This document shows positions 20,824-30,782 of a DNA stretch of 64,000 bases, piece after piece. This DNA is from Candidatus Bipolaricaulia bacterium (GTDB lineage Bacteria > Bipolaricaulota > Bipolaricaulia > RBG-16-55-9), in assembly GCA_042219045.1 (NCBI GenBank), contig JBDGQO010000003.1, positions 14,193 through 78,192 on the forward strand, read 5' to 3'. Both the position numbers and the translations under genes were made by a program. The notes beneath the pieces are model-generated. The model saw nothing but the letters and a program-made list of their open reading frames with translations. It was not told the origin of the DNA and did no database searches. Numbering within the stretch: the first letter of the stretch is position 1; each line of letters opens with the position of its first letter.

Positions 20824-21630
20824 ATGTTTTTGCCGATCCGCGATTACCGCCGCAGTCGCACCACGCCCGTCCTGACGTTTGTCATCATCGGGATCAACGT
20901 GCTCGTCTTCCTCTTCCAGACGTTCATGGTGGGCGGCAGCGGCGGCGAGGCCGAATACGGCATCGTCCGCGGATCACAGTGCGTTCCCCTTTCCGGCAGC
21001 GATCGCTTCATCTTCGAGATCGGCGTCAAGCCGTGCGAACTCTTCGGCACCTGCGGCGAAACTCGAGTGTGCGTCATCGAAAACCGCCGCGTCGTCGACG
21101 TGACGACCGTCGAGGGGCCGTTCCCAGCGTCCCCCTTGCCCGCATGGCTGACGATCTTCTCGGCGATGTTCGTTCATGGCGGGCTGCTCCACATCGCGAG
21201 CAACATGTGGTTCCTCTGGATCTTCGGCGACAACGTCGAAGACCGCATGGGCACAGGGCGATTCCTGATCTTCTATCTCCTGACGGGGCTGGTGGCCGCG
21301 GCGGCCCAGATCGTGAGCAATCCCGCCAGCTCCACGCCCATGGTGGGGGCCAGCGGCGCCGTCGCCGGCGTGTTGGGCGCTTACATGATGCTCTACCCGC
21401 ATGGCCGGGTGCTCACGCTCATGTGGATCGTCTGGTTCATTCAGTTCATCGAGCTTCCGGCGGTCATCGTGCTCGGCATGTGGATCCTGCTCCAAGTCAT
21501 CCAGGCACTCATTGGACAGGGCATGCTATCGGGCGGCGGTGTGGCTTACCTCGCCCACATCGGCGGCTTTCTTGCAGGCGTGGTGCTCGTGAAGGTCTTC
21601 GCTCGGCCGGAGCAGCCGGATTACTTATAG
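20824..21630 (+). CDS. Rhomboid family intramembrane serine protease
   Basis: MFVHGGLLHIASNM, FGDNVEDRMG, catalytic GASG and AHIGG. Confidence 0.93.
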   Translation: MFLPIRDYRRSRTTPVLTFVIIGINVLVFLFQTFMVGGSGGEAEYGIVRGSQCVPLSGSDRFIFEIGVKPCELFGTCGETRVCVIENRRVVDVTTVEGPFPASPLPAWLTIFSAMFVHGGLLHIASNMWFLWIFGDNVEDRMGTGRFLIFYLLTGLVAAAAQIVSNPASSTPMVGASGAVAGVLGAYMMLYPHGRVLTLMWIVWFIQFIELPAVIVLGMWILLQVIQALIGQGMLSGGGVAYLAHIGGFLAGVVLVKVFARPEQPDYL

Positions 21631-21878
21631 TAGTTGGCGTTGATCTCGATGAACTCGCGCCACTGCTCCGGCAGGTCCTCCTCGGGATAGATGGCCTCAA
21701 CCGGACAGACGGCGGCACACGCCGCGCAGTTAATGCAGGTCTCCGGGTCAATATAGAGCATGCGGACGTCGGCGAACTCGGCTTCGTCCGGTCGGGGATG
21801 GATGCAGTCCACGGGGCAGACTTGGACACATTCCGTCGACTTTTCGTCCACGCAAGGTTGGGCGATCACAAAGGCCAT
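21621..21878 (-). CDS. Dicluster ferredoxin (FdxA-like)
   Basis: CVDEKSTECVQVCPVDCI and CINCAACAAVCPVEAI motifs; AAGGGAG SD. Confidence 0.93.
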   Translation of the reverse strand: MAFVIAQPCVDEKSTECVQVCPVDCIHPRPDEAEFADVRMLYIDPETCINCAACAAVCPVEAIYPEEDLPEQWREFIEINANYYK

Positions 21879-21997
21879 CGGCGATGCTCCCTTCTTGGAT
21901 GATCCATGTCAAGTATAGCAACGCCGCAAACAGCGCCGCAATGCCGGCCGACTCGCCCGACCGGCCTAGTCGACATGGGGGCTGTTACAATACCCGC

Positions 21998-22582
21998 ATG
22001 AGTCCGGTGCTCGGCAGCCGTAAGCGATTCCTCTACCGCGTGCTTGTCTACGGCGCGACGCCGCTGTTGGGCCTGTTCGTTTTTCTGGACAACCCGAACG
22101 ACCTCCGCGGCCGCGTCATCGGCGGGCTGGCCATTCTGGCCGGGGCCGTGTCGCTCGTGCTGCTCATCACGCGGTTGCGCGATCCGTGGGGCGCGATCCG
22201 TTACGCGGTCCGTCCTGTTCCGATGCTGAAGGCGGTCCTGGCCAGTTGGCCACGCCAGCAGGGCACGGATGATGGAGACCTCGTTCCATCCCTTCACGCC
22301 CACCTCAACCAGAAGTTTCCCGACCTGGCGATCGGCGTCGGCGATCCTCAGGACGATGCGGTCCTGACGCTAGGCGAGGAAGTGACGGTGATCCCCACCG
22401 TGCCCCCACAGACGGCCGCGGAACGGGAGGGGCTGCTCGAGCGCTTGGAGGCGCTGCATTCCCCACTGGAGAGCCGTGCGATAGTGCTCGTGCTTGCGAC
22501 CTCGCACGCCGCAGCAGCCACGCATGAGGCCAACCTTTCTGAACTCAACCGGACCCGCGGCGTCTACGTCGTCCGCGTTTAG
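21998..22582 (+). CDS. Hypothetical membrane protein (2 TM plus soluble domain)
   Basis: Start moved to MSPVLG, 6 nt after TGTTACAAT; two N-terminal hydrophobic segments; fills the gap between flanking genes. Confidence 0.65.
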   Translation: MSPVLGSRKRFLYRVLVYGATPLLGLFVFLDNPNDLRGRVIGGLAILAGAVSLVLLITRLRDPWGAIRYAVRPVPMLKAVLASWPRQQGTDDGDLVPSLHAHLNQKFPDLAIGVGDPQDDAVLTLGEEVTVIPTVPPQTAAEREGLLERLEALHSPLESRAIVLVLATSHAAAATHEANLSELNRTRGVYVVRV

Positions 22583-25149
22583 CCGGCGAACAGTCGGTGC
22601 AGCGGCAGCTTCCGCATGGCCAAGTCAAGCAGGAACAGCACCAGCGAAGCCAGCGCCAGCGACGACCAGATGTCTTGATACGCGTATGCCCGTCCCTTGA
22701 GGAGCGACGGCGCCTCCTCGATCGATTCGAGATACCGGCCGCCGGTCGTTTCAGCCATCCGGCGCAACGATTCGGAATTGAGCCCGATGCGGCGGTATTC
22801 CTCCGGGTACGGCACGCTGATCGTCTCCTGGACGCGGCCGAGCTCGTCGCTGCCCACGTTGAGCAGATGGACCCCTTTGGCGAGGTCCTCCAGCGTCGCC
22901 CGGTAGCGCCCGGGGGCGATGCGCTCGAACGCGAGCGAGCGCGGCTCGGACTCCAGCGAAGCGACGCGGCCCTGCAAGTCGGCATCGTTGAGCCAGCGCC
23001 CGTTCCGTTGGGCATCCACGCTCACGGTGAGCGTGGAACCGTTCAGGTCATGACGGACGTCGAGGCTGTCGGGACGCAGCGCGCTCTTGCTGTAGACCTG
23101 GCCCAAAATGTCCGACATCAAGTTGCTCAAGCCGGACCACTGCAGCCACTTTTGCGCGTCGGTCTCGCTGAGCGCGGTGTTCAAGACGGCCACCTTGCCG
23201 AGGCCGTAGCGCCACGTGCTCACCAGCGGGTCGTCCGGGCCATCTTCCGGCCCCACGAACAATTCCGTCTTGGCGCTCGGCTTCTCGAACGTCAGGACAT
23301 ACCCGCCCACGGGCGGAACGGCCTGCGGATCCACTTGGCGGAGCTCGCCGGCGAACGGGCCAGAGCGGACCGGAACGGGGCCCTTGATCCAACGGGCCCG
23401 TTGGAGCCGAATCAGCTCCTCCAGGGTGATTTCGGGCAGGTCGCGCGCGTCGGCGACGGAGTATTTCTTCCCCACGCCGACCTCAGCCAGGCGCCACATC
23501 AGCTCGCGATCGGCCTGATTGCCGATGGCGATCGATGACGCCGTGATCGGGCTCTGCTCGATGTTGCGGAACAGCGACGGAAAATTGCGGCGCTCGCGGA
23601 CGAACTTTCCGTCCGAAAAGACGAGGATGTGTCGCACCCGAGCATCGGCTTTCTTGAGGGCTTGCACGGCGTCCGTCAGCGCGGGATGGGCATCCGTCCC
23701 GCCGCTTGGGCTGAGCTCCTCGATCGATTGCAGGATCTCCTCGCGCCGTCCCTCGACAGGGCCGAGCTCAACCAGCCAGTCGTGCGTTGAGTCGAAGCCG
23801 ATGATGCCCACGAGGTCGTTTTTGTTCAGTTTCTGCACCGCCCGCATCGCGGCCTGCTTCAACAAGTCGATCTTCTGCCCTTGGCCGGCCAGTTCGCCCA
23901 TTGAGCCCGACCGGTCCAGCACCATGACGAGCCCGAGCGCAGGCTTGCGCATCTCCTCCGGCCCCTCGTATGTGACGGGCAGCATCTTCTCGAACTTCGG
24001 ATCCGCGAAGTTCTGTACGGCATTGCGGCCCTGAATGAGCCAGAAACCGCCGCCGAGGTCGCGGACATAGCGCTTAAGTACCTTTTGCTGGCGGTCCGTG
24101 AGCGATCGCAATGGGACGTTCTCAAAGATGACCGACCGATACGGCAACAGCGACGACAACGACGGGGCGAATTCGTCCAATGACACACTCGTGTGCACAG
24201 AGCCCGTCTCGTCCAAAACACGGCTCAACGTCGACGAGGGGGAACTCTTACCGGGGCCGCGCACGACGAGCACACGCGGCTCACCGGTGGCGCGCACGAC
24301 CTGCTCATAGCGATTGTTCTCGCTCAGGACGTCGCCGTCCGCAACCAGCTCAACGCGATAGGCATGGGTGCCGGACTCGGAGAGGTTGTCCTTGTGTTCC
24401 ACGACGTTGAGCCCGGCGTGGAGCTCAAGCGTTCGTTTGCGGAGGAGCGATCCGTCGCGATAGATCAGCAATTGGGCTTCGGCCGATTTGCCTGCGTAGA
24501 CCACCGTCCGCAGGCTGAACGGCAGGTCGGTAGCGACCTCGTCCGGTGCCTGCAACGCTTGGATCGCCAGCTCGTCCTGCGGGGCCGACAACGGAACCGG
24601 CGCAATGGCGATGCCTTTGCGCCGAGCGCGCGCTAGCGACGTCGCAACGTCGTCGCCTGTCGGCTGGCCGTCGGAGAGCAGCACGATCGTCCGCGTGGCG
24701 TCCTCGGGAAAGGTCGCCATCGCGAGATCCAGCGCGGCGGAGACGTTCGTTCCTTTCGGATTGACCTGCGTGTTCAGCTGCGCCATGTCCAGCGTCCCTT
24801 GGAACGGCCGCTCCACGTAGGCCTCCTTGCCGAAGACGATGACGCCATACTCGGTGTTGGGCTGCGGTTTCGACAGATTATTCAGTCGATTGATCAGCTT
24901 GGCCTCCGAGATCGCCGCCCGAGCGCTGGCGGACCGATCCACGAGGATGTAGACGGCGTGGGTGTCGACCGCGCTACGCAACTGCGGCCCGCCGAGCGCC
25001 AAGATGAGCGCGAGGATGGCCAACAGCCGCAAGCCGATCGCGAGCTTGTCCGCAAGCGATTTGCGGATCAGCCCGCGACGTTGGAGGCCGAGGTACAGCG
25101 CGGGGATGATCAACAGCGCCAACGGCCACAGCTCGGTAAAACGGATCAT
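22579..25149 (-). CDS. Membrane-anchored protein with two VWA domains and a glutamine amidotransferase-like domain
   Basis: MIDAS motifs VDRSAS and LDRSGS, LLSDG/VFSDG, YVRDLGGG, LPVT, WRYGLGKV; N- and C-terminal TM segments. Confidence 0.85.
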   Translation of the reverse strand: MIRFTELWPLALLIIPALYLGLQRRGLIRKSLADKLAIGLRLLAILALILALGGPQLRSAVDTHAVYILVDRSASARAAISEAKLINRLNNLSKPQPNTEYGVIVFGKEAYVERPFQGTLDMAQLNTQVNPKGTNVSAALDLAMATFPEDATRTIVLLSDGQPTGDDVATSLARARRKGIAIAPVPLSAPQDELAIQALQAPDEVATDLPFSLRTVVYAGKSAEAQLLIYRDGSLLRKRTLELHAGLNVVEHKDNLSESGTHAYRVELVADGDVLSENNRYEQVVRATGEPRVLVVRGPGKSSPSSTLSRVLDETGSVHTSVSLDEFAPSLSSLLPYRSVIFENVPLRSLTDRQQKVLKRYVRDLGGGFWLIQGRNAVQNFADPKFEKMLPVTYEGPEEMRKPALGLVMVLDRSGSMGELAGQGQKIDLLKQAAMRAVQKLNKNDLVGIIGFDSTHDWLVELGPVEGRREEILQSIEELSPSGGTDAHPALTDAVQALKKADARVRHILVFSDGKFVRERRNFPSLFRNIEQSPITASSIAIGNQADRELMWRLAEVGVGKKYSVADARDLPEITLEELIRLQRARWIKGPVPVRSGPFAGELRQVDPQAVPPVGGYVLTFEKPSAKTELFVGPEDGPDDPLVSTWRYGLGKVAVLNTALSETDAQKWLQWSGLSNLMSDILGQVYSKSALRPDSLDVRHDLNGSTLTVSVDAQRNGRWLNDADLQGRVASLESEPRSLAFERIAPGRYRATLEDLAKGVHLLNVGSDELGRVQETISVPYPEEYRRIGLNSESLRRMAETTGGRYLESIEEAPSLLKGRAYAYQDIWSSLALASLVLFLLDLAMRKLPLHRLFAG

Positions 25150-27002
25150 TGACGTCTCCTTCCGAGGATATCAGTCCAGCGGGGACGATCATAGATCCAT
25201 AGCTCGGCAACGAGCAGGCCGAGTCCGATCGCCAAGGCCCAAGGCCACAACGGCCGTCTCGACTCCACGGCACGATCATCGGCAGTCGAGGACGGTCTCG
25301 AGGCGCCTGGCGTCGAGGCCGTGTTGTCGGTGGCCCTGCTCAACTTGGATTCGGACGCCGGCACGTTGGCCGCGAAGTCATACGTGGTTGAGCCCTGTGT
25401 GACCTGATAGATGCCGGGTTCGTCAAGGCGCCCGCATGCGGCATCGCTCTGCCCCAGGCGACACGAGCGGCCGTCGGGATCCGTAATCTGGGCGCCGTCC
25501 TCCAGGCGACCGAGCGGGAGTTCCTCCCCAACGGTGAACGTGGTCGTGCGGTCGACACGCGGCGCGAGCCACTCCATCAAGCGCGACAGGAGGATGGGAA
25601 AGTCGACGGAGAGCCCCAGGTTGGATTGGCTCAGGTCGACGCCGACGTAGGCCAGCCGCACCCCGCCGCTGGCCACCAAATAGAGCACCGGGGTTCCGTC
25701 AGCCGACAAGAGCACCTCGCCGTCGGAGGCGACCTCTACCGCCGGCACCTCGCCCAAGCGCCAATCGCTCGGGTCAATCCCCTCCAACGTCGGGTGATCG
25801 CGCTCGATGACGACCTTGCCGCCGGAGGTGCCCTGCGTCGCCTCGATCCACGGCGGCATGGCGCTGCCCACGAGCAGATAGCGACCGGGCTGGGAGGGCT
25901 CGATCGTCGTGTTGTGGGCGAGCGTCAAGTCGGGGGCGCTTTCGGGCGACGACGACGTCGCCGTCTCGCCTTGGCGGATCACTTCGGCATGCCCGGCGCG
26001 CTCAAAGAAGCGGCTCAAATAGAAGCTGTCCTCGCCGACCCATCGGATCCGCCATGGGCGCTGCTGCGGCAGCGTCGCGTAGCGGGCGTTGTCGTCAGGG
26101 CGCGCATCCGGAGCACCGCCCGGATTGATCTCGGCAACAAATGGACCCGCCGGTACGTCCGGACGACTGACGTCCAGCTCGGCCGTGTCCCTCGCCGGCA
26201 CGTCGATCGTCCGCTCTGTCACCGTCGCCTCGGACGAGCGAATCTCGATCGGCAGCGATCTTTTGGTGTCGGTGCCGTTCCAAACCTTGAGCACAAAGGC
26301 GACGCCTTGACCGTTCGGCTGCGACCGGGCCTTGAACGAGGTCACCGCGACGTTTGCCGTCTCGTCGTCCGACCCGATCACGTCGGTTTGCCAGCCGAGG
26401 GCTGCCACCTGGGCCGACGGCGGCTTGTCGGTCACATAGACCACGCGATCGACGCCGTTCGGGAACTGGCTCTCCACCAAGCGCAGCAGGGCCGCCGGAT
26501 CCGCGTCGTTCTGATAGCTCGGCTCAAAGCCGTCAAGGACGCGCCGAATGGTGCCATGACCCGTCGTCGGCGCGACCAACAGCTCGCTGTTGCGCTGGGC
26601 TTGGAACAGGGCCACGTTAGCCGCCGAGTGATTCGACAGCACATCTCGGGCCCTTGCGATGGCCGCTTCGTAGCGTTGCTCGCCGTCGGGCGACATCTCG
26701 GCGCGCATGCTGGCGCTGCCGTCCAGGACAATCGCCAATGTCTGCGCGCTGCCCGCTGTCGTGGTCATGACGGGCTGAGCGAGCGCCAGCACGACGGCGA
26801 TGAGCGCGAGCAGTTGGAGGATCAGCCCGAGCAGGGGCATCCGGTTGAAGCGCAGCGCGCTGCGCGGCTGGCGCTCCACGCCGCGCCAGAACAACAGCGA
26901 CGACACGTAGCGCGGCTCCGCCTGGCGCTTGAGAAAATAGATCGCGCCGACGAGGCCGCCAAGGCCCAACAGCCACAGCGCGCCGCTCGCCAGCAGCGTC
27001 AT
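25146..27002 (-). CDS. BatA-type N-terminal TM plus VWA domain protein
   Basis: IYFLKR..VSSLLFW and LQLLAL..LALAQP (BatA), LDGSASM MIDAS, C-terminal LWPW..AELW TM. Confidence 0.85.
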   Translation of the reverse strand: MTLLASGALWLLGLGGLVGAIYFLKRQAEPRYVSSLLFWRGVERQPRSALRFNRMPLLGLILQLLALIAVVLALAQPVMTTTAGSAQTLAIVLDGSASMRAEMSPDGEQRYEAAIARARDVLSNHSAANVALFQAQRNSELLVAPTTGHGTIRRVLDGFEPSYQNDADPAALLRLVESQFPNGVDRVVYVTDKPPSAQVAALGWQTDVIGSDDETANVAVTSFKARSQPNGQGVAFVLKVWNGTDTKRSLPIEIRSSEATVTERTIDVPARDTAELDVSRPDVPAGPFVAEINPGGAPDARPDDNARYATLPQQRPWRIRWVGEDSFYLSRFFERAGHAEVIRQGETATSSSPESAPDLTLAHNTTIEPSQPGRYLLVGSAMPPWIEATQGTSGGKVVIERDHPTLEGIDPSDWRLGEVPAVEVASDGEVLLSADGTPVLYLVASGGVRLAYVGVDLSQSNLGLSVDFPILLSRLMEWLAPRVDRTTTFTVGEELPLGRLEDGAQITDPDGRSCRLGQSDAACGRLDEPGIYQVTQGSTTYDFAANVPASESKLSRATDNTASTPGASRPSSTADDRAVESRRPLWPWALAIGLGLLVAELWIYDRPRWTDILGRRRQ

Positions 27003-27871
27003 TGCACGACCGCCCCTTCCTGCAAGGCGTCCGTGACCATCTCATCCAACGGGGTCGCGGCCGACAGGCGCAGGTAGCGCATGCCTCGTGCCTCACAGAA
27101 CCTTTCCAGGTCGTCCTGGAACTGGCGCACGCGCTGCTGATACGCCTGTCGCGCCGACTCGTCGACGTACATGGGCAGCTCGGTGTTGCGTTCAATGTCC
27201 TGGAGCCGCAGCTCGCCCGTGACGTCAGGCTCCAGCTCTTGGGGCGCCAACAGGTGCAGCACGATCACCTCGTAGCCGTGGTAACGCAGCCGGGCCAGCC
27301 CGTCCTCGTAGCCGCCCTCGCTCAGCATGTCACTGATGACGACGGCCACGCCGCTTTCCCGGCGGACACGCGTAAAGTGCGCCAAGGACGCGTCGAATGA
27401 GGTCTCGCCGGCGGGTTCGACCGATTGGAGAAATTGGAAAATTTGGAAAATCTGGCCGTGTCCGCCGCGCGGCGGCACGCCCTGGGTCAGCGAGCTGGCG
27501 AAGGGGAAGATCCCGACGCGGTTGAGCTCCTTAAGGCTCAGATACGCCAACGCGCCCGCCAGCTGCGCGGCCGCACTCGACTTGCCGCCGATGCCCATGG
27601 ATCGGCTCGTGTCGAGAAAGACGTAGATCGGCACGTCCTCCTCGCGCGAGAAGACCTTGATGAAGAGCTTGCCGAGCCGCCCGTAAAGATTCCAATCGAC
27701 GTAGCGCAGGTCGTCGCCCGGGTAATATTCCTTGTACTCGGCAAACTCCAGGCTCATGCCCGCCCGCGAGGTCAGGCGGCGTCCGCTCAGGGTCCCGCGG
27801 AATCGGCCGCGAATCACGAGCTCCAACCGCTCCAGGGTGTTCAAAAAATCCGGGTCCAGCAGCAAGGCCAT
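26999..27871 (-). CDS. DUF58 domain protein
   Basis: G.SLEFAEYKEYYPGDDLRYVDWN, LDTSRSM, VISD. Confidence 0.93.
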   Translation of the reverse strand: MALLLDPDFLNTLERLELVIRGRFRGTLSGRRLTSRAGMSLEFAEYKEYYPGDDLRYVDWNLYGRLGKLFIKVFSREEDVPIYVFLDTSRSMGIGGKSSAAAQLAGALAYLSLKELNRVGIFPFASSLTQGVPPRGGHGQIFQIFQFLQSVEPAGETSFDASLAHFTRVRRESGVAVVISDMLSEGGYEDGLARLRYHGYEVIVLHLLAPQELEPDVTGELRLQDIERNTELPMYVDESARQAYQQRVRQFQDDLERFCEARGMRYLRLSAATPLDEMVTDALQEGAVVQ

Positions 27872-27874
27872 GCG

Positions 27875-28891
27875 CTACTCCTCGGGAATCGCGTCGCGCA
27901 CTTGGTGCAGGATCGAGTCCACCATCACGCCTTCGGCCTCGCCACGGAAATTGCGGATGATGCGATGGCGCAACGCCGGCTCGACGACGGCGTTGATGTC
28001 CCGCAACCGCGTGTTCGGCTCGCCGTCGAGGAACGCGTTCGCCTTGGCGCCCCACAACAGCGCAATGGCGGCCCGCGGGCTGGCGCCGTACGACACGTAG
28101 TCTCGGACCGTCTGTGGCGCCTCCTCGGCCTGTGGGTGCGTGGCGTTGATCAGGCGCGTGATGTAGCGCCGCAAGGGCGCGGCGACCGGCATATCCGCGA
28201 CGAGGCGCCGGGCCTCTCGGATCGCGTCCTGGTCGACCATCTGCTCCAGGGAACGGGTCCCTTCCCGACTCGTGAGGTGGCGCTCCAGGATCTCATCCAG
28301 CTCGTCCAGGTTGGGGTAGTCGAGCACGAGCTTGAAGAAGAAGCGGTCGATCTGGGCCTCGGGGAGCGGGTACGTCCCTTCCATCTCGATGGGGTTCTGC
28401 GTGGCGAGCACGATGAACGGCTCGTCCAGTTGATACGTCTCGCCGCCGACGGTGACGCCGCGCTCCTGCATGGCCTCCAAGAGCGCGGACTGCGTCTTCG
28501 GCGTCGCCCGGTTGATCTCGTCGGCAAGCACGATGTTGGCGAAGATCGGCCCCGCGGAGAACCGGAAGTAGCGATGCCCGTGCTCGTCCTCGCTGATGAT
28601 GTTGGTGCCCAGGATATCGGCCGGCATCAGATCCGGGGTGAACTGGATCCGCGAGAAGTCGAGCCCGAGGATGGTCCCGAGCGATTTGACGAGCATCGTC
28701 TTGCCCAGGCCAGGGACGCCTTCGAGCAGCACGTGGCCATTGCAGATGAGCGCGATCAGCGTGCCCCGGATCGCTTCACGATGGCCGACGATGACGGATT
28801 CGAGGCCCTCGCGCAGCTGTCCGAACGTCTCGGCGCCACTGTCGAGGCGCTGGTCCAATGGCTGGGCACGGCTGGATGGGTTGGGGGCCAT
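27875..28891 (-). CDS. moxR: MoxR-family AAA+ ATPase
   Basis: Start at MAPNPS; HVLLEGVPGLGKT, RIQFTPDLMPAD, LADEINRATPKTQSALLEAMQE, ATQNPIEMEGTYPLPEAQIDRF. Confidence 0.96.
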   Translation of the reverse strand: MAPNPSSRAQPLDQRLDSGAETFGQLREGLESVIVGHREAIRGTLIALICNGHVLLEGVPGLGKTMLVKSLGTILGLDFSRIQFTPDLMPADILGTNIISEDEHGHRYFRFSAGPIFANIVLADEINRATPKTQSALLEAMQERGVTVGGETYQLDEPFIVLATQNPIEMEGTYPLPEAQIDRFFFKLVLDYPNLDELDEILERHLTSREGTRSLEQMVDQDAIREARRLVADMPVAAPLRRYITRLINATHPQAEEAPQTVRDYVSYGASPRAAIALLWGAKANAFLDGEPNTRLRDINAVVEPALRHRIIRNFRGEAEGVMVDSILHQVRDAIPEE

Positions 28892-28895
28892 GTCG

Positions 28896-30782
28896 TCACT
28901 CTCCCTCTGCCAATGACAGGAAGTAGGACCGCACGAGGTCACGGACCTCGGGCGGCAGATCTCGTGAGCGCAAGAGCGTCTCGACGCGATCGGGATTCAG
29001 CTCCAGCTGCTGCGAACCGTCAGCGGATGGGCTGCCGCTGACGTCGAAGGGAACGCCACGCGTCATCATGGATTTCAGGGTCTCCATGTCCTGCGGAAGG
29101 TTGGGGGACTGGATGCGCAAGTCGTTGGCGGGCTCGTTGTCGGTCGACCCCGACGATCCCTTTTGGTTATCGCCAGAGCCCGAGCCTGGGGCGGATCCGC
29201 CGGACTGGCCGGAGCCATTCTGTTGGCTCTGCGATTGCCCCTTGGTATTCTGGCCGTTGCCCCCTTCGATGTCCCCGTTCCCCGAGGTCGAACTCTTGGA
29301 CGATTCCGACGATTCGGACGAATTGCCGCCTCCCTCCGACTGGCCTTCGGACTGGCCCGTACTGGACGAGTTGCCTTGCTGGCTGCTTGAGGAAGCTTGT
29401 TGGCCGTTCTCGCCTTGGCTGGATTCGGCCTGGGCCTGCTGTCCCTGTTGTGAGCCGGCCTGCTCGCCGGACTGGGACGACTCGTTCTGTGACCCGTTCT
29501 GTTGGGACGATCCCGACTCGCCGCTCTCGCCCTCGTTCGGGCCGGACCCGCTCTCGGAGCGTTGCGATCCGTCCGCCTCTTGCGAGCGGGGTTGGCCCTC
29601 GTTTTCCTGCTGGCTCGCTTGCGGGTCTTGGCTCTGCGTGGGCTCTTGAGAGGCGGGCTGTTGGCCCCCGGCTTGCCCCTGTCTCGACCCGTCCGCATTG
29701 CCGCTGGAACGACGACGTCGCTCGTTCGAACCGGACGAATTGTCACGCCCGTTGGCGCCTTGTTGGGCCCGTTGCCGTCGGCGATCCAGCTCGTCCATGG
29801 CATCCTGCATCCGCTGTTGCATCTCCTTTTGGCTGTCCGACTGCGCGGCCTGCTCCAGGAGTTCCTCCGTCGAGGGCGACCGTGCCTCCTGCGCAAGCTG
29901 GTCCAGTCGGCGTTGGGCGGTCTCCATGGACAGGTTGCCCGTGGCCATGCGCTGTTGGATGCTTCGGAGCTCGCGCCGGAGTTTCGCCACGCTCGTGCGT
30001 TCATTTTCCATCGTGTTGCCCGACGAGGCCTGCGACTTCCCTGACGGGCTGCCCTCGCCTGAGGATGCATTGGCACAGTCACTTCGGGCATCGCGGCTCA
30101 ACTTCTCTGTAGGGGCCCCGCCATCGCCGTCGCACGGCGAGCCGGTTTGCGGCTCGGAGGTGTCGGCAGCGTCCGAGCTATTGGCCGACGATTCCCGCTG
30201 CGGGTTGCCGGCGTCCGGCCCACTGCTCTGGGATGACACGATCGGTTGATCTCCGCCTGTTCCCGAAGCCAGTAGCGACGACATCGACAACGGGGGGACG
30301 CCGACGACCCACAGCGCCAACAATGCCGCGGAGGCCACCGTGATGCCGCTGAACGCGGCCCAGCCACGGCGCTGACGTCGGCTGGGCTGGAGCGCTCGTT
30401 TCGCATGGAGGTCCGTGTGGCTGATTCGCTCGTAGAGCAAACGCAAATAGGGGTTGCGATCGTCGCGCTGGCGGATCTCGTGGATCGTGGCCAATTTTTC
30501 GCCGAGATCGTAGCTTCGGTCGAGTCGATACAGGTCCTGTTGCAGCCGGATCGGGCGCCGACGACCCGCGAGGCTCCCGATCCATAGCCCGGCTCCGTTG
30601 GCGACGATCAACAACCACCACGGCTGAATCAGCGACATCAAGCCGAAAAAGACGCCGATCAAGTGGGCCAAGGTCAGCGACATGGTGATCAGGCCGCCGA
30701 CTTGCGCCCCCGCCCAAGCGTTGAGCTGTTGACGCCGTTCGGTCACGTTCTTTTCCACGATCTTGAAGCTACGATCGTTCAT
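28896..30782 (-). CDS. Membrane-anchored protein with long Q/S/G/E-rich disordered and coiled-coil region
   Basis: Three N-terminal TM segments, LDRSYDLGEKLAT, long low-complexity tract, C-terminal LPPEVRDLVRSYF; coupled to moxR. Confidence 0.75.
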   Translation of the reverse strand: MNDRSFKIVEKNVTERRQQLNAWAGAQVGGLITMSLTLAHLIGVFFGLMSLIQPWWLLIVANGAGLWIGSLAGRRRPIRLQQDLYRLDRSYDLGEKLATIHEIRQRDDRNPYLRLLYERISHTDLHAKRALQPSRRQRRGWAAFSGITVASAALLALWVVGVPPLSMSSLLASGTGGDQPIVSSQSSGPDAGNPQRESSANSSDAADTSEPQTGSPCDGDGGAPTEKLSRDARSDCANASSGEGSPSGKSQASSGNTMENERTSVAKLRRELRSIQQRMATGNLSMETAQRRLDQLAQEARSPSTEELLEQAAQSDSQKEMQQRMQDAMDELDRRRQRAQQGANGRDNSSGSNERRRRSSGNADGSRQGQAGGQQPASQEPTQSQDPQASQQENEGQPRSQEADGSQRSESGSGPNEGESGESGSSQQNGSQNESSQSGEQAGSQQGQQAQAESSQGENGQQASSSSQQGNSSSTGQSEGQSEGGGNSSESSESSKSSTSGNGDIEGGNGQNTKGQSQSQQNGSGQSGGSAPGSGSGDNQKGSSGSTDNEPANDLRIQSPNLPQDMETLKSMMTRGVPFDVSGSPSADGSQQLELNPDRVETLLRSRDLPPEVRDLVRSYFLSLAEGE

